A DNA stretch of 64,000 nucleotides from the human T2T-CHM13v2.0 reference genome, Homo sapiens. The position numbers and the translations under genes are program-made. Positions within the stretch are counted from its first letter, which is position 1, and each line of letters begins with the position of its first letter. Location: assembly GCF_009914755.1 (NCBI RefSeq), contig NC_060930.1, one strand, 5' to 3'. Positions 42,051 to 56,070 of the stretch are shown one piece after another. Below the pieces are notes generated by a model. That model worked only from the letters and a program-made list of their open reading frames with translations. It was not told the origin of the DNA and did not search any database.

Positions 42051-45009
42051 AAAGAAACTAGATTCAGAAATAATAACCTGAGACAATCCGTAAACATAAA
42101 AAATAAACTCTTAAGCAAAACATTTGCAAAGTATCACGTGGAACTCTATCTCCACAAAGTGGACTTGGAATCGTTCCGATAAATTATGTGTATTTAAACC
42201 TAAATCCTAGCGTTCATTTTTTTTTCTTCCTTCACAATAAATGGCCCTCCAAAGTATTATGATAAAAGAACTAAGGTCTCTTATTTGAGAAAATGTAATG
42301 TTTATTAAAATGCTTCCCAAAGGGAAATATCAATTTAATGGCTAATGTATGTTTTTACAAAATTGATCACCACTTGCAGATATGAAACTGGAGAATATCT
42401 GAGAAAATTGCTAATGGGGCCTATTGTTTAGAAGTACGCCAAAGCAAATACCAAAGGCTTTGATTCTGGGTTACAAAGGTCACCCAGAAATCTTATGAAA
42501 TTTAAGCTGTGATTGTTAACCTGCTAAAAGTTACCACGTTACTTAACACTTGTGATCTTATCTAAGAGACATATGGTATAAATATTTCCAAACATTTCTA
42601 AGAACAATTTTGTTTTATCAAAGGGAATATTATTTAACAATTCTCTTTACTTTATGGGCCTTTAGCAAAACTCTTGCTGCTGCCTGGAAGAAACAGAAAA
42701 CCTGAAAATGGTATTTTAGATTAATTTAATTTAGATTTCCTTTGAACAAATTACAGTCTCTACAGCAACCCTGGTGGATTGCGTCTGGAATCTGAAGCAG
42801 CCTTGGTCCCAGGCATCCCATGAACACCGTTCTGTAAAAATGGAAAGAACTGATGAGGTGCTGAGCGACTAGCAGAAACTTCTTATCACTGTGGGTGATG
42901 TTTAGTTCTGGAGCCATCGTCTTTCCTAAGAATTCAACAATGGCTTCCCTTCTCCAGACAGAGATTACTTTAAACAGAGAATGGTAAATCACGCATGGAA
43001 AGGTCATTTTACATTGAATTTTGTGAAGTATGCCTTGATATATATTTTCTGTTTCTTACATACTTTTCTTCTTGGTTTATTTTATCTATATTTAGAAAGA
43101 TATAAAACAATCAAAATTACTTAGATGGAGAAATAAAAGCTGTAAGGCAAATTAAAGCTTATAATTTAGTATTCTCACTAAGATATCACGTTAAAATATT
43201 TTTCTTCTCAAAGGTATATCCATATTTTTCCCAGACTGAAAAATTGATTTTCTTTCTTTCGTTTTTCAGAGCCACCCAGCTTCATTTTACTTTTTAAAAA
43301 TGTTTTTAGTGCCACCTTTCACTTGTATAAATTACGCATCTCAACTTTTACCTTTAGGTTTGGGGTAAAATAACTGCTTTTTGTTTGCCATTGGCTAGGG
43401 TCTTTGCTTTATACCACTTGATTCATAGTAGATACTAAACACGTTCATATTTTTTCCATGTCATATACTAAATAGGTGCAGTATAATGTTACCTCATTTT
43501 CTCACCTATCAGACTTATTATCCCACAAAAATCTTACGTTAAAAAAATCTCTTAACTGCAATAATGGTTTGATTGTGGTAACTACTGAGGGATTGAAAAA
43601 CTACTGTTCTTTCGGCCCCATCTTTCATAAAAATGTCTCATTTTAGGAAACATGGGTGTAGTCAAGGTAGAAAAAAAATTTCCTTGTGGTCTATTGCATG
43701 GAATCCAATTCTTAAGACATATAAGATAAATATTTACTTTTTTAACTGTGTTGAAATAACTATCATCAAATAGTGGTTGCAAAAAATTGCAGTGTATACC
43801 TCGTGTTCAAATAAAGTCCAGGTTTTGCATTTCAATCCATCTCTCCTGCCTCAGTGCTCCCTTTCAAAGGGACCTGAGACCCAGTGCAGAAGTGGGTGGG
43901 GAAGGCTGAGCCCAGCAGGGTGAGAACGATGAGGTCTCTGTAGGTTACAACATCTGCTGGGCAGATAACATCTGCAGATAATGACAGGGCAGGGGTGAGG
44001 GGTAGAAAGGCCAAGCTATGCAAAAGCGGCAGAGCATGGGGGAGGGAGGGGAGCTGTTGCAAGAGTTCCTGGCATCCACTATTTCCCACTGAATCATTAA
44101 TCGGCAGCCTCACCATTTAACCTGTGTGGATCGCAGAGCGGCATGGTGCCCTCGACAAATGGATATTGTTTAACTTCTCTTTTCACTCGAAGAAAAACAA
44201 GGACAGTGATTGCAATGACACTGGATGTTTGCGCTGTTTGATAAGTGATGACTAACACGTCTACTACTTTTAACAATTTTTGCTTTCCTCTCCTAACTGG
44301 AGCTATGTGGCACTGAAGTGAGAGAAAGCTAATACAGTAAATGGAAACCGCTGTCAGTAGGAACCAGATTAGTCAATCCTTATAGCAAAAGTGAATTTCA
44401 GATAACAGCTCAAGCATGACCACTCTGATCACAGCCTCCTGTTTATGTATACAGAGGAACAATGAAGTGCCCTGGCAATTACTGCAAATACATTCCTCAA
44501 GCTTTCAGGCGATGCCAAGCTTAAAATTGTGGTCAACTGAAGTGGCAGAAGCAGTATCAACTCGGAATTCATTGTGGCAATTGTAATTAAGTCACGTATT
44601 TTGTCTCTCTCTATCTCTCTTCATGCTAAATGTATAGATATTTAAACCACTGTGGACATACAAAACTATAAGACTGCAATTCTCTCTGGTAGAATGTTTT
44701 CACTTCTGCTCATGGAATTGAACCATGAAGAGGGAATAAAGTGACAAACTCTCTTATCCATATAGGGACATTGCATAAAACCATGCTAATCTTTCCAAAG
44801 GTTTTATTTGTTACTTAAAATGTTTGCAAACCTACAATTGACAAAAGTAAAAAAGCAGAATTCATGCACAAATAAGAAAAAAAGTTCATTAGTAATAACG
44901 GCAAATTAAGATAGCAACGGATACCTTTTTCACCTAATAACTTTAAAAAGGTTCAAGATTATGCCCAGTGCCCATACTGTTGTGGAAAATCAGGGTTAGT
45001 TTATTAACA

Positions 45010-45240
45010 ATCATAAGAAGCATTAGGAAGCTGTGGCTTCAAGCTGCCTGGCTTCATATCTTACCTGCTGGGTAACCTTGGGCAAATTACTTAACCTCAC
45101 AGCACTTCAGTTTCCTGAACAGAAAATGAGGACAATGATTCTATCCACTCCGCAGTGCCATTGTGAGGACTAAATTTTAAAATGCAGGTAAAGTATTTAT
45201 CCATGTGCCTGCCATTTGACATAAACCAGCTATTATGTCT
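45010..45240 (+). mobile_element. MIR
   Basis: gctgggtaaccttgggcaaattacttaacctc...cttcagtttcctg. Confidence 0.75.
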
Positions 45241-45314
45241 ATTAACAGTGTGTTACATCTTGTAGGCATTACATCACTGGATTCTCAAGCATAACTGTGT
45301 TATGGTTGCAACTA

Positions 45315-45692
<378 letters not shown>

Positions 45693-45919
45693 CATATGAT
45701 GAGACAATTATTTTTTTTCAAAAATTCCTTTACATCAATATATTGCTTACAAAAAGGAGACAAAGTATATGTGCAATTATCTTTGCGAAACATTTACTGT
45801 ATAAACTTTATTTCCTGATAGACTAATTAAAAAGGAGGGGAAATAAATAGCTTTAGAGATAAATAACCTAATAAATTAAGTCTTATCTAAAGCACCCTAA
45901 GCACTCTTCCCCTCAAAGA

Positions 45920-46021
45920 AATATATATATATGTGTATATATATGTATATATAAACACATATATATGTGTATATATATACACATATATGTGTATATATAT
46001 ACACATATATATATATGTATA
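45920..46021. repeat. (TA)n/(TATATG)n microsatellite
   Basis: Directly visible. Confidence 0.9.
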
Positions 46022-46485
46022 GCCAGTTACAGGCTTGATCTGGTTAACAAATTCAATTTTTAAGGAGCAAATATCTTTTGGCAGATCTTTCCTACTAGTC
46101 ATTCACAAGTTAGTATGAATTATTTAATCTGACAGGCCCATATCCAGCTGAGATCAAAGGCACTCAGTTGACAACATTTTTGATCAAGAAATAAAAGAAG
46201 AATTTCTTATAAATTCTTGGAATTTGAAGGGCGATAGTGTTGTTTAAAAACAAACAAACAGTGAGGAATTTTGAACAGCCAGAAGCCTTTATATATGCTA
46301 TGGTACTGTTTGAGAATGTCATCGTATACACAAACCTCTTACCAACAGAAATATAAAAATAAATAAATGCTTCCACTCTCAGTGACCCTCTTCAACAATT
46401 ATCTTCCCTCTAACTAGTAACACTCTCTGATATCATACACTCTTCATGGATTTCCCTAAAAATCTTTTCTTCAAAAGCAGTGAAG

Positions 46486-46776
46486 GGCCAGACGCAGTGG
46501 CTCATGCCTGTAATCCCAGCACTTTGGGATCTTCGAGGGTGGATCACGAGGTCTGGAGATCGAGACCATCCTGGCTAACACGGTGAAACACTGTCTCTAC
46601 TAAAAATACAAAAAGTTAGCTGGGCGTGGTGGTGGGCACCTGTAGTCCCAGCTACTCTGGAGGCTGAGGCAGGAGAACAGTGTGAACCCGGGAGGAGGAG
46701 CTTGCAGTGAGCCGAGATTGTGCCACTGCACTCCAGCTGGGCCACAGAGCAAGACTCTGTCTCAAAAAAAAAAAAA
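46486..46776 (+). mobile_element. AluY/AluSc8
   Basis: gagatcgagaccatcctggctaacacggtg and gagcttgcagtgagcc. Confidence 0.92.
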
Positions 46777-46989
46777 GGGCTAAGGAACTCCTCTATCAGG
46801 CAGGATTGAGAGAGGTTAGAAGGACAGTCAGTGCATGGTTCCTGACCCCGGAATCAACCATATGCATTCATCCCAGAACTTCTGCAGATGGACCATGAGG
46901 GAGGCTAACATGACAACTTTTAAAATTTTTTTTGCCATCTAATGTTGAATAACTAATATTAGCATCAGTCCAGGCTAGTTACATTTTTT

Positions 46990-47080
46990 AAATACATAAA
47001 CATGGAGAGTTTATTGGGGTCAAGCTTAAGGGCTGCAACCTGGGAGCACTGATTTAAGTTGCCCTGAATCTATGCTCCCA
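46990..47080 (-). mobile_element. Isolated ERV1 (MER4-group) LTR poly(A)-signal fragment
   Basis: gagagtttattggggtcaagcttaagggctgcaacctgggagc...aagttgccctgaat resembles antisense MER4-group LTR R region. Confidence 0.6.
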
Positions 47081-50000
47081 AAGCCAGTTACTTTTTTCCC
47101 AACTAAACATTGTTCTCCACTTTATAGCTTCTTGAATTATCAATGGCTGATATTTCTAAACTAATTTCCACATGTAAAGAAAAGTGAAAGAGTTTGAAAA
47201 GCTATTAAGATTTCTGATTACGGAAAATACCCATAAGTAATGTTCCCAAAGTAATAAACTCTTGAAAAATATGGAGAGACTCTTGTTAAGAACACCACAA
47301 GAGGGGAAATTAGAAATAGGGAGGTGAAGCTTACAAACCCATCCCAAAGGAGGCTGCCTGTGCAAGTCGCTTCTCCTGACCACCACGTTTTCTATGTAGG
47401 CATTTTCTGTCAGTACATTTACTTCTCAAAAGTTTTTGCTTGTTTCTCCTCTGATATACATAGAAATTTAGCTGTCTGTGGTAATAAATATCATCTCTGT
47501 CATCCACAGCCATCAATAATCATAGGAATTTGTTTTCATTTCATATGGTTGTGATGAGCTTTCAAATTTAGCTCCAAGCACGCTTCTCTTTTAAGCTAGA
47601 TTCAGATGCTGGAAGACAATAATAACCACTAACTATTACTTTAACAATATCTGAGACATAGCGATTAGCCCACTAGCTTACTAGTTATCAAACACTGTAC
47701 CATCTAAGCCAGAGCTTTTCATCTTCATTCAATATCCCACCACTCTACTCAGCTTCACCAAACATATATAACATCATAATCTCATCTTTCCAGCCGTAAA
47801 ACCAGTGTTTTTGGATTTGCCACTGTCTCTCATTTTGACAGCCATGTGTTGACCACATGTTAATTATAGATTTAAAAATTGTTTCAATCTTTCCATATTC
47901 ATCTCTTATTATTTCTTTACTTTTAGCTAATTGGCACTAACTCTCCAATGATCTGCTAAAATACTACCTCCCACTCTCTCTGGATGTCTTTCCTTCAGGT
48001 CTGCTTGCTACCCCCGTGTGTACGTCTGTGCAGATGAAGCCTATTGCTACCTCTGTTATCCCCCAGAGTAAAGAGGAAGAACTTTGTTTCATTGGTTCTC
48101 ATGTCTCTAGCACAGTAAATAAATGTGTTTCTCAATAAATGTTTGGTAATTTTTCATTCAGGTGCTCAATTACTGAATAAAAGAAAATCTGCCCCCCCCC
48201 CACTTTATTTCTTGGAGAACCTCAATGTACTAACTAGTTCTCAAGTGTCCTGAAAAATTACTGTGGACGTAGCTTTGAGAGTAATGGAGTTAGAGTCCTT
48301 TAGGAACAGGGAGAATCTGCTAAAGAACTATGCCTGACTGGGGTGGTTACACTAAAATTGTATTTGGAGTAGAGAAGAGTTTCATATGAGTGGCAAAGAA
48401 CACATACCATGCTGTTTCACTTATATAATGCCCCTACAACCTTTCATCCACTCTTTTTGTTTCTTATTACATTTAAACATGTTATCATGCTTTTGCTCCC
48501 CTCATCTTCTCCTGACTTGCACCTCACACCTGGCATGTTCCACATGCCCCACTTAGTCAAGTTCTTTTGTTTCCATCACTCAAACAACTTCTGAAATCCT
48601 ATTTCCTCTATTAAGCTTCTGACTAATTAGAAAAAAGCTAGCAATTTCCCCTTAAAGGGCTGTTCCCACAACTCCCTCTCCACATGACTCTGTCCTGGGA
48701 GCCCGGATTCCTCCGGAAACTGATTCATTCCTCTGAAGATGTCTGCTTTATCTAGAGGGTTGTTTTTATCCAAAAAGGTAAGTTCAAAGAATAGAGGGAA
48801 CTTTCAAAAGTACCTTGAAATTTTCCCTGGAAAAATGGGGCCTTAATAAATGCTTTAAGTGAAAATGAGATGTTACAACTCTCAAATTGAAAATTTCTTT
48901 GACTAATGCTTACCTAGAGTCAATGATTCAATAACATAGTTTTTCAGATGAAACACTCCTGATGTTTTCATAAGATATTCCTGTTGATAAGGCAGAATTA
49001 GTAGTTAACTCTCTTCTTAGTAACATTGTCTAATGCCATTAATTTGTAAAGAACAGAGATATCTGGAACAACAGAGGTTAATCTACTGAATTAGGAAGTT
49101 TCGTTCTCCTAAAATATGTATTTCTTACTCATATTATACAAATCAGGAGACTAGGACAGATAATCCAAATCAAAAATTTTACATGTGATCTCACATCAAA
49201 TCCCAAAACAAAAGCTCATACCCCTCAGGCTTTCAGACTTTCAACTTGGATACATCATCTCATCTCAAAGAAGTACACTAGGGTTAAATGCAGGAGGAAG
49301 AACTCATATAGGTCTTATAATGTCTCCTTTCTATTTTTTGATTTCTGAAGTTGGAATCACCCAGCATCAATACAGCTATCAAGACTCTAAAGTTGTAGGG
49401 CATTTTGTCTGTTCAAAACACAATTGGATCCATAAAAAAGACATAGTTTATTTCAATGTCTTTTCAGCACCTTTCCTGAGGACACACCTTTTTTTAACAA
49501 GATGCCATTATTCTGTACATCTACAAATGCAAACCACTGACATGCATTGATACGCTGTATGAATGCTGCTTTGATCCTCTGCAAAGTGTTAAGAGTAACC
49601 AGAAAGCAAAAGGCAAAATGAATGGAGGAAAGCCCTGAGGAGCAGTGTTTTATAAATCAGAATTTCCATGCAATTTATAGATGAGTTCACTGGGTACCAT
49701 GTTAGAATATGAATGCAGAGCAAAGAATCACCATAATTTGTAATTTTTATACCTGAAGTGTGCTATATAAATCATTCATCTGAATGTTAAATGTTGATAA
49801 CTCCTACCCATTTTTGCATAATAAGGCATAAACTCCCCTCATTTAAGCTACTCCTTAATCATGTATTACGTGATATTTTTGCAATTGTATTTCAGGCCAC
49901 AGGATAAGTACAATGAAGTATATTAGTACATCAAACACCAGTTCTACAGTTTCCAAAAAAACCTAAGTGTCAATGAAAGAGCAGTCACTGGCATTTGACA

Positions 50001-50274
50001 TCATCTGATTCTAAAAGTAAAATGTCCATCCTTCAAAGACATTGGATTATGTTGAATTAGTGGGGTTTTTGTTTGTTTTCTACCAGCCATGGTAACTTTT
50101 TATATTGCTGTTTCAGAAATTTATGAAGTAGATATCAGTGTGAGTTGAAATCTTGGTGAATTCAATTGATACTGATATCTACTTCATTTAACCTATGTTA
50201 ACATTACCCACCTTTTTGCTCCACTTTTTTTTTGATGAAAAGCATATAATGAAGTGAATTCAAATTTGTATATC

Positions 50275-50530
50275 CAGTTATAATAATAATTGCTAACATT
50301 TAAAGAGAATAGGCTATTTGGCATATACAATGTTAAGCAGATTATCTCATTACATCCTCTGAACATCCCTATAAGATAAACACTATCATCAGCCTCATTT
50401 TAGAGATTGGAGAAGCAAGACTTAGAATAGGGGAGTTACTTGACCTAGGTAAGCTAGCAGCAGGAAAAGACAGAACTACTTGCATTTATACAATTCTACC
50501 TACCAACCCATACTTTTTTGCCCCTACATT
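50275..50530 (-). mobile_element. MIR
   Basis: taataattgctaacattt...atctcattacatcctctgaacatccctataag...cattttagag. Confidence 0.7.
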
Positions 50531-50624
50531 CTGTCACCTTCACGGTTACACTTTAAGAAAGTCGGTAAAAGGCTTGCTTATTCAACACACCATGCAAATA
50601 AACAATATATCAAGAATAAAGAAG

Positions 50625-50878
50625 CACAGTATGATGTTACAAGTACAGGCCCTAAAGCTTGGCTTCAAAAAGAAAAAAAAAAAAAAAAAAGCCTTTACTA
50701 CTTACGAGCTTGGTGACTTTCAGGCAAGTTATGAAGCCCCTCTGTACCTTAGTTTCTTCATTTATAAAGTTCAACAATATTAGTACCTCCCTGTTATAAT
50801 GGTTAAGGATTAAATTAGTTAATATATATAAAGCACCCAGAACAAGGATCTGTACATAATAGGCGCTCAATTCATCAT
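50625..50878 (+). mobile_element. MIR with an internal A-run
   Basis: ggcaagttatg...ctctgtaccttagtttcttcatttataaa...taggcgctcaat. Confidence 0.75.
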
Positions 50879-50904
50879 TTATCTTTTACCTCATAGACAG
50901 AAGC

Positions 50905-51698
50905 TGTCTTAGTTTGTGTTGTTATAACAAAATGAGAGGTAAAGCCAGCTGGACTTCTGGGTTGAGTGAGGACTTGGGGAACTTTCCTGTCTTACAAGAG
51001 GATTGTAAAACGCACCAATCAGCACTCTATGAAATGCACCAATCAACAGGATTCTAAAAGTAGCCAATCGTGGGGAGGTTTGAAAAAAGGTAACTCTGAT
51101 AGGACAGAAACGGAACACGGGAGGGGACAATAAGGGAATAAAAGCTGGCCACCCCCAGTCAGCGGTGGCAGGCTGCTGGGGTCCCCTTCCACGCTGTGGA
51201 AGTTTTATCCTTTTGCTCTTCACAGTAAACCTTGCTACTGCTCACTCTTTGGGTCTGTGCCATCTTTAAGAGCTGTAACACTCACCACGAAGGTCCACGG
51301 CTTAATTCTTGAAGTCAGCGAGACCCCAAACCCACCAGCAAGAACCAACTCTGGACACAAAAATACCACATACTGGGTAATTGACAAAGAACAGAAACTT
51401 ATTTCTCACAGTTCTGGAGGCTGGGAAGTCCAAGAGGAAACTGCTGGCACTTGGTGTCTAGTGAGGGCCTGCTCTCTGCTTCCAAGATGGTGCCTTCTTG
51501 CTGTGTCCTCACTTGGTGCAAGGGATGGAAGAAAGCAAACCCACCCTTTGAAGCCCGTTTAAAAGGGCCCTAGTCCCTTTCATGAGGGCACACTTCTCAT
51601 GCCTTACTCACCTCCTGAAGACGTCATCTCTTAAGACTATAACATTGGCTATTAAGTTTCAGCATATGAATTTTGGGAGACACATTGAGACCATAGCA
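50905..51698 (-). mobile_element. MSTD/MLT1A-like MaLR solo LTR split by LTR12
   Basis: tgtcttagt...tttctcacagttctggaggctgggaagtccaag...gaccatagca; 5-bp TSD gaagc/gaaga. Confidence 0.88.
50933..51359 (+). mobile_element. LTR12-family (LTR12F-like, HERV9) solo LTR
   Basis: tgagaggtaaagccagctggac...repeated gcaccaatca...ttcttgaagtcagcgagacc...ctggacaca; 4-bp TSD aaaa. Confidence 0.88.
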
Positions 51699-52837
51699 GA
51701 AGACTACTCTGTTCTTAGGAAAAAAAGGATAGTATGTCCAGGTAAAATCTGATTCCCTCAAGGAATATGGTAACTTCTGGGAACCAATTAGGCCAGAGCT
51801 ACTGTTTGCTCATTTAAAATCTGATGCAAGTTTTAGAAGCATTTAAATGATTCTAGAATGTTGTAGGAACCATTATAATGAGCAAAGGTTTTGAATTCGA
51901 GAGCAGGTGCTCTCATCTTTCCGAGAGTTAAGGCTGCTTTCAGGATCTGATAGAAGCTACTACAGGTCTTCTTCAGAAAAATTCAAATATTCACATACAG
52001 GTAAGTTTATGCCTATAATTCCCAGTATTCAGAGATTCCTGAAGCTCATGGGCCCCCATAAAGAATCCCTGTCTCAGAGGAATATGTGGGACAGTAAACC
52101 CATGTTCTGTGTCTTTACTAACCAGTGGAATGATCTTGAAACGGCCTTTCAGCATCTGTAAATTAAATATTCTTATTCCCACCTTAAAATATGAAGATTG
52201 GAGCAGATGGTTTCTAAGGTCGCTTCCACTTCCAATTCTACAGTTCTAACTTCTGAATTACATAACAAGTTCTGTTAACCATCCAATTTCAGTAATTTAT
52301 TATTCTTCTCTCTAGGTTTCTTAATTAATATTGATCTTGCTTTAGCTAGTGCTGCCAATTCTAAAGAAAATGGAAAATTACCTTAATCTTTATAGACACC
52401 TTCTAGATTCTGGATTTATAATTTACTGCCCAATTTTATCCAAGTTTGTGTAAATGAAATTTACATATTTATATACTCTATCAATTACTTCATTATTAAT
52501 GTGCAAGTCATGACCTGAGCTGCCTACAAATAGAATGAATGGATAGTAGTTGAATTCTTCCTCAAAATTCTTGTCACTCTGGAGATACTAGTCATCGTTA
52601 ACCCCAAACTAATTTACTTCGTAGACTAAAGAGGGGGAAAGAAGGGAAACTACCCACTATTTATTAGTCCAGGATTTGACTATTGATATATCACAGATTG
52701 TCCGCGTGGATCACCTAAGTTTTCGAAGGTCAAAGTGCAGATACTCTGATTAAAAAAAAAAAATACTACTTACATTTGTATAGTCCTATACATCTGCAAA
52801 GTCCTATTTTGCACATGATCTCAGTTGTCATATCACC

Positions 52838-53545
52838 TTTTTATTTCTTATTTTACTTTTGAATAACTTTGGATTTACAGAAAAGTTGCCAAGATAGCAC
52901 AGAGTTCTCTTATCCTGGTAATTTACCTAGCTTCCCTAATGTTACTATCTTACATAAATAACCAATACATTTGCCAAAACTAAGAAATTAGCATTAGTAC
53001 AACGCTCTTCACTAAACTACACACTTTACTCAGATTTCAACGATTTTGCTACTAATGTTCTTTTCCTGTTCTAGAATCCAATTCTGGACACCACATTACA
53101 TTTGTCATCTCTCCTCAGTCTCAAGCAGCCTGTGACAGTTTCTAATCTTTCCTTGTTTTTCATGACTTGGCAATTTTGAAAAGTCTGGATCAGGTGTTTT
53201 ACAGAATGTCCCTCAATTGTGTTTGTCCAGTGTTTACTCACAGTTAGATTGAGTTATGTTTTCTGAGGAAAGAAAATCACAGAGATGAAGTGTCCGTTTC
53301 ATTGCAGAATCTCAGAGGGCATGTAACATCAGCATCACTTATCACTTGTGATGTTGACCTTGATCACTTAGGTAAGGTAATATTTGACAGTTTTTCACAC
53401 TGTAAATTACAATTTTTCCTCTCTCCTTACTTTATTCAATGGAAGCAAGTCACTAAGTGAAGCCTTATTCAAAGGGAGAAGAATTAAGCTTTAACTTCTA
53501 GAGGTGTGTGGTGGTGCAGGGGGGTGCATCTATACATATTATTTG
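52838..53545 (-). mobile_element. L1MC4/5-like 3'UTR inserted in a MIR (MIR parts about 52765-52835 and 53560-53705)
   Basis: gatttacagaaaagttgc...ccctaatgttactatcttacata...gatgttgaccttgatcactt. Confidence 0.8.
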
Positions 53546-54672
53546 CAGATATAACCACCTTTCCAAGCATATATTCCTGTTTCCATTTGTATAGGTGAAG
53601 ACAGAGGCTCAGACTGACCAAATTACCCAGCTAGGATAGTTGAGCTAGTTTGCAAAATCAGCTCTTCTAATTCGAAATCCATTCATTTTTCCACAAAACC
53701 ATAGCATCTCTATTTAAGTAGAGTTGTTTTTCCCATGTTTTAGGGGGAGCCCAGCAATATACACTTCAATGTTTTACTTTTTTTTTTTTTTGGTAACTGA
53801 AATACCTGACACCATTTTAATGTAGCCAAAACGTGCAGTGTGGTTCCCAAAATTTCCTGTGAGGTATATCATGTGATGTGAGAAAGTCTAGCTCCCTCAA
53901 GATCCCCTATATTGTCATTCTAGGCACTGTTCAGCCTCCTATCTCTTCAAATAGGTGTTTTTCTACTATAAGATTATCCTATCAAAATACATCTTCTTAT
54001 AACATCAATAAAAGGAAGGATGGACCATTGTAGACCTTGCCTTAGATAAAAGAAAGATTTGTTTGTCCTCAAACTCAGTTCGTAACCTACCGCAATGCTG
54101 ATCCACCAAAATGGGCTCACAGGCCTTCGTGGAGTGATCGAATTGTCTGAACAATCCAGGAAAATTGATAAATGCAGATTGTTACCTGCCCCATGTCACT
54201 AGGATCTTCCACATCACTCTGGTTGTAGACACCAGGCTGGGTAGAGCTACCTGCTGGTAATGATTTCCAGTCACATAAAAGGGAGGCCAAATTGTAACAG
54301 GTGACACAAAGGGGAAAGATTCTGTATCACATTACTAATTCCCAAGAGCTAACCCAGGTCACTGGACTTTCCTCGTGTGAAGTTCGGGAATTTACAGACA
54401 TTTTAAAATTAGCATTTCTCCTGGCCTAATTACTTGTCTTAACAGTCAGTCAAGTAATGTCTAATAAGCACTCCCTGGCTTGTGGTGACTCACTAAGCCT
54501 ATGGGAGACTTAATCCAGAATGACAGGGTCCCCGCCTACCAGGCACTTACCATCTAATACAAAGACAACAGACTCACACATAAGGGGAGACATTCCATCC
54601 AGACACAAAAGTGAGGGTTTATTCTGTGTTGGCTGTGTTTGGGGTGCTTGGATTTTGTTGTCTACTTTAGGG

Positions 54673-54704
<32 letters not shown>
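54673..54704 (+). repeat. (TG)n(AG)n compound microsatellite
   Basis: Directly visible. Confidence 0.9.
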
Positions 54705-55524
54705 ATGCAAGATTCTTGAGATGCAAGATTACAAGCACTAAAACAGTTACGGAACTAGGGGACAAAACAGAGTTCGCTGATTATCAATTTAAGGCTTCAC
54801 TATTAAGTTGAATGGATTATCCCCCTAGGTGCTACTGTGCATTATGGAGGTTTTACAAAGTGGAAGCTCCAAAAATCAGACTTAACATGGACTGACCCCA
54901 TGTATATCCCCTCACACCCTTCTTCCCTGTGTGTTTTCTGCCCTCCTGCACTATGGCCCTTGTCCTGCAAGTATGTTTAATGTGCCCTAATATGTGAGTC
55001 CCGCTCCCTAAAGAGGCCATAGTCAGAATTTGGTGTTGCTTTTGGTAAAGCCGCCATGCTTGTTAGTTCATTTCTCCTCTCTCCTTGGCTAAATGGTAAC
55101 TACTAGCAGTGGAGTCAGAAGACTCACTTATCTCTATGGGATATTTTATCTCTCCACCTCCATTTTCTAATCCATAAAAATACAGATAATACTCATGAGT
55201 TTATTGTGACAATTTTAAAAATTAGCTCCCCTCTCAAACATTTTATACACTGTCAAACACTAATCACACATAAGGAATCATTAAGGTTTTTATATATGAC
55301 CTTGATTTAGTTTCCAATCCAATGGTAATCACCATTTTAGACTCTTCAGAAATTATCTCAAGTTGGGACTATATGTTGAATATTCTCATGAATTAAACTA
55401 CTGATTTCCAGAGATCTTTAAAATTGATATGCTAAAATAAAAATAAATTACATATTATCAAATGTGTATTAATAAAAGCCCCAGGAAGAGTCAACCTGTT
55501 AAATCAGAAAATGCATGAGCTTCT

Positions 55525-55880
55525 TTTAAATCACTTTTAATTATAGTTGAATAACACAATATGAACTTTACAACTTAACCATTTTGAAGCATACAGTTCT
55601 GTGCAAGTTCACAATGTTGAACACCTACCACCACCATCCAACTTTAGAATTATTTCATCCTCCAAAACTGAGCTTCTGTATGCATTAAACACTAACTCTC
55701 CATCCTTCTCTCTCCCCACCCCTTAGCAATCACCATTCTACTTTCTGTCTCTATGAATTTGGCTGCTCTGTGTGCCTTTAATAGAAGTGGAATTACAATA
55801 TTTGTCCACTGTGACTGGCTTATTTCACTTAGCATAGTCCAAGGTTCATTATCCTATTCAAGTATCCATTTTGTAGCATG
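55525..55880 (-). mobile_element. L1MB (L1MB3/4-like) 3' end
   Basis: caccattctactttctgtctctatgaattt...gactggcttatttcacttagcata. Confidence 0.88.
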
Positions 55881-56037
55881 AAACACATGGGGTTTTGTGC
55901 CAGGTGATCCATAGCTTGTATTCCATCTCTACCACTTAACCAGCAAAGTGAAAAACTAAGTGGTTTAGTCAAAAATACTACGGTTATGAAAATAATTTGG
56001 CCAAAACAGTGAACTGAACTTGTAAGCATACACAAAC

Positions 56038-56070
<33 letters not shown>

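Noticed and set aside
42726-43007. 93-aa minus ORF in unique sequence
   Set aside because: No recognisable homology and no convincing acceptor-donor pair; length compatible with chance
43987-44051. G-quadruplex candidate
   Set aside because: No four G3 tracts with short loops; only clusters of three
49185-49550. 121-aa ORF
   Set aside because: Starts at GTG in AT-rich sequence, with no domain or splice support
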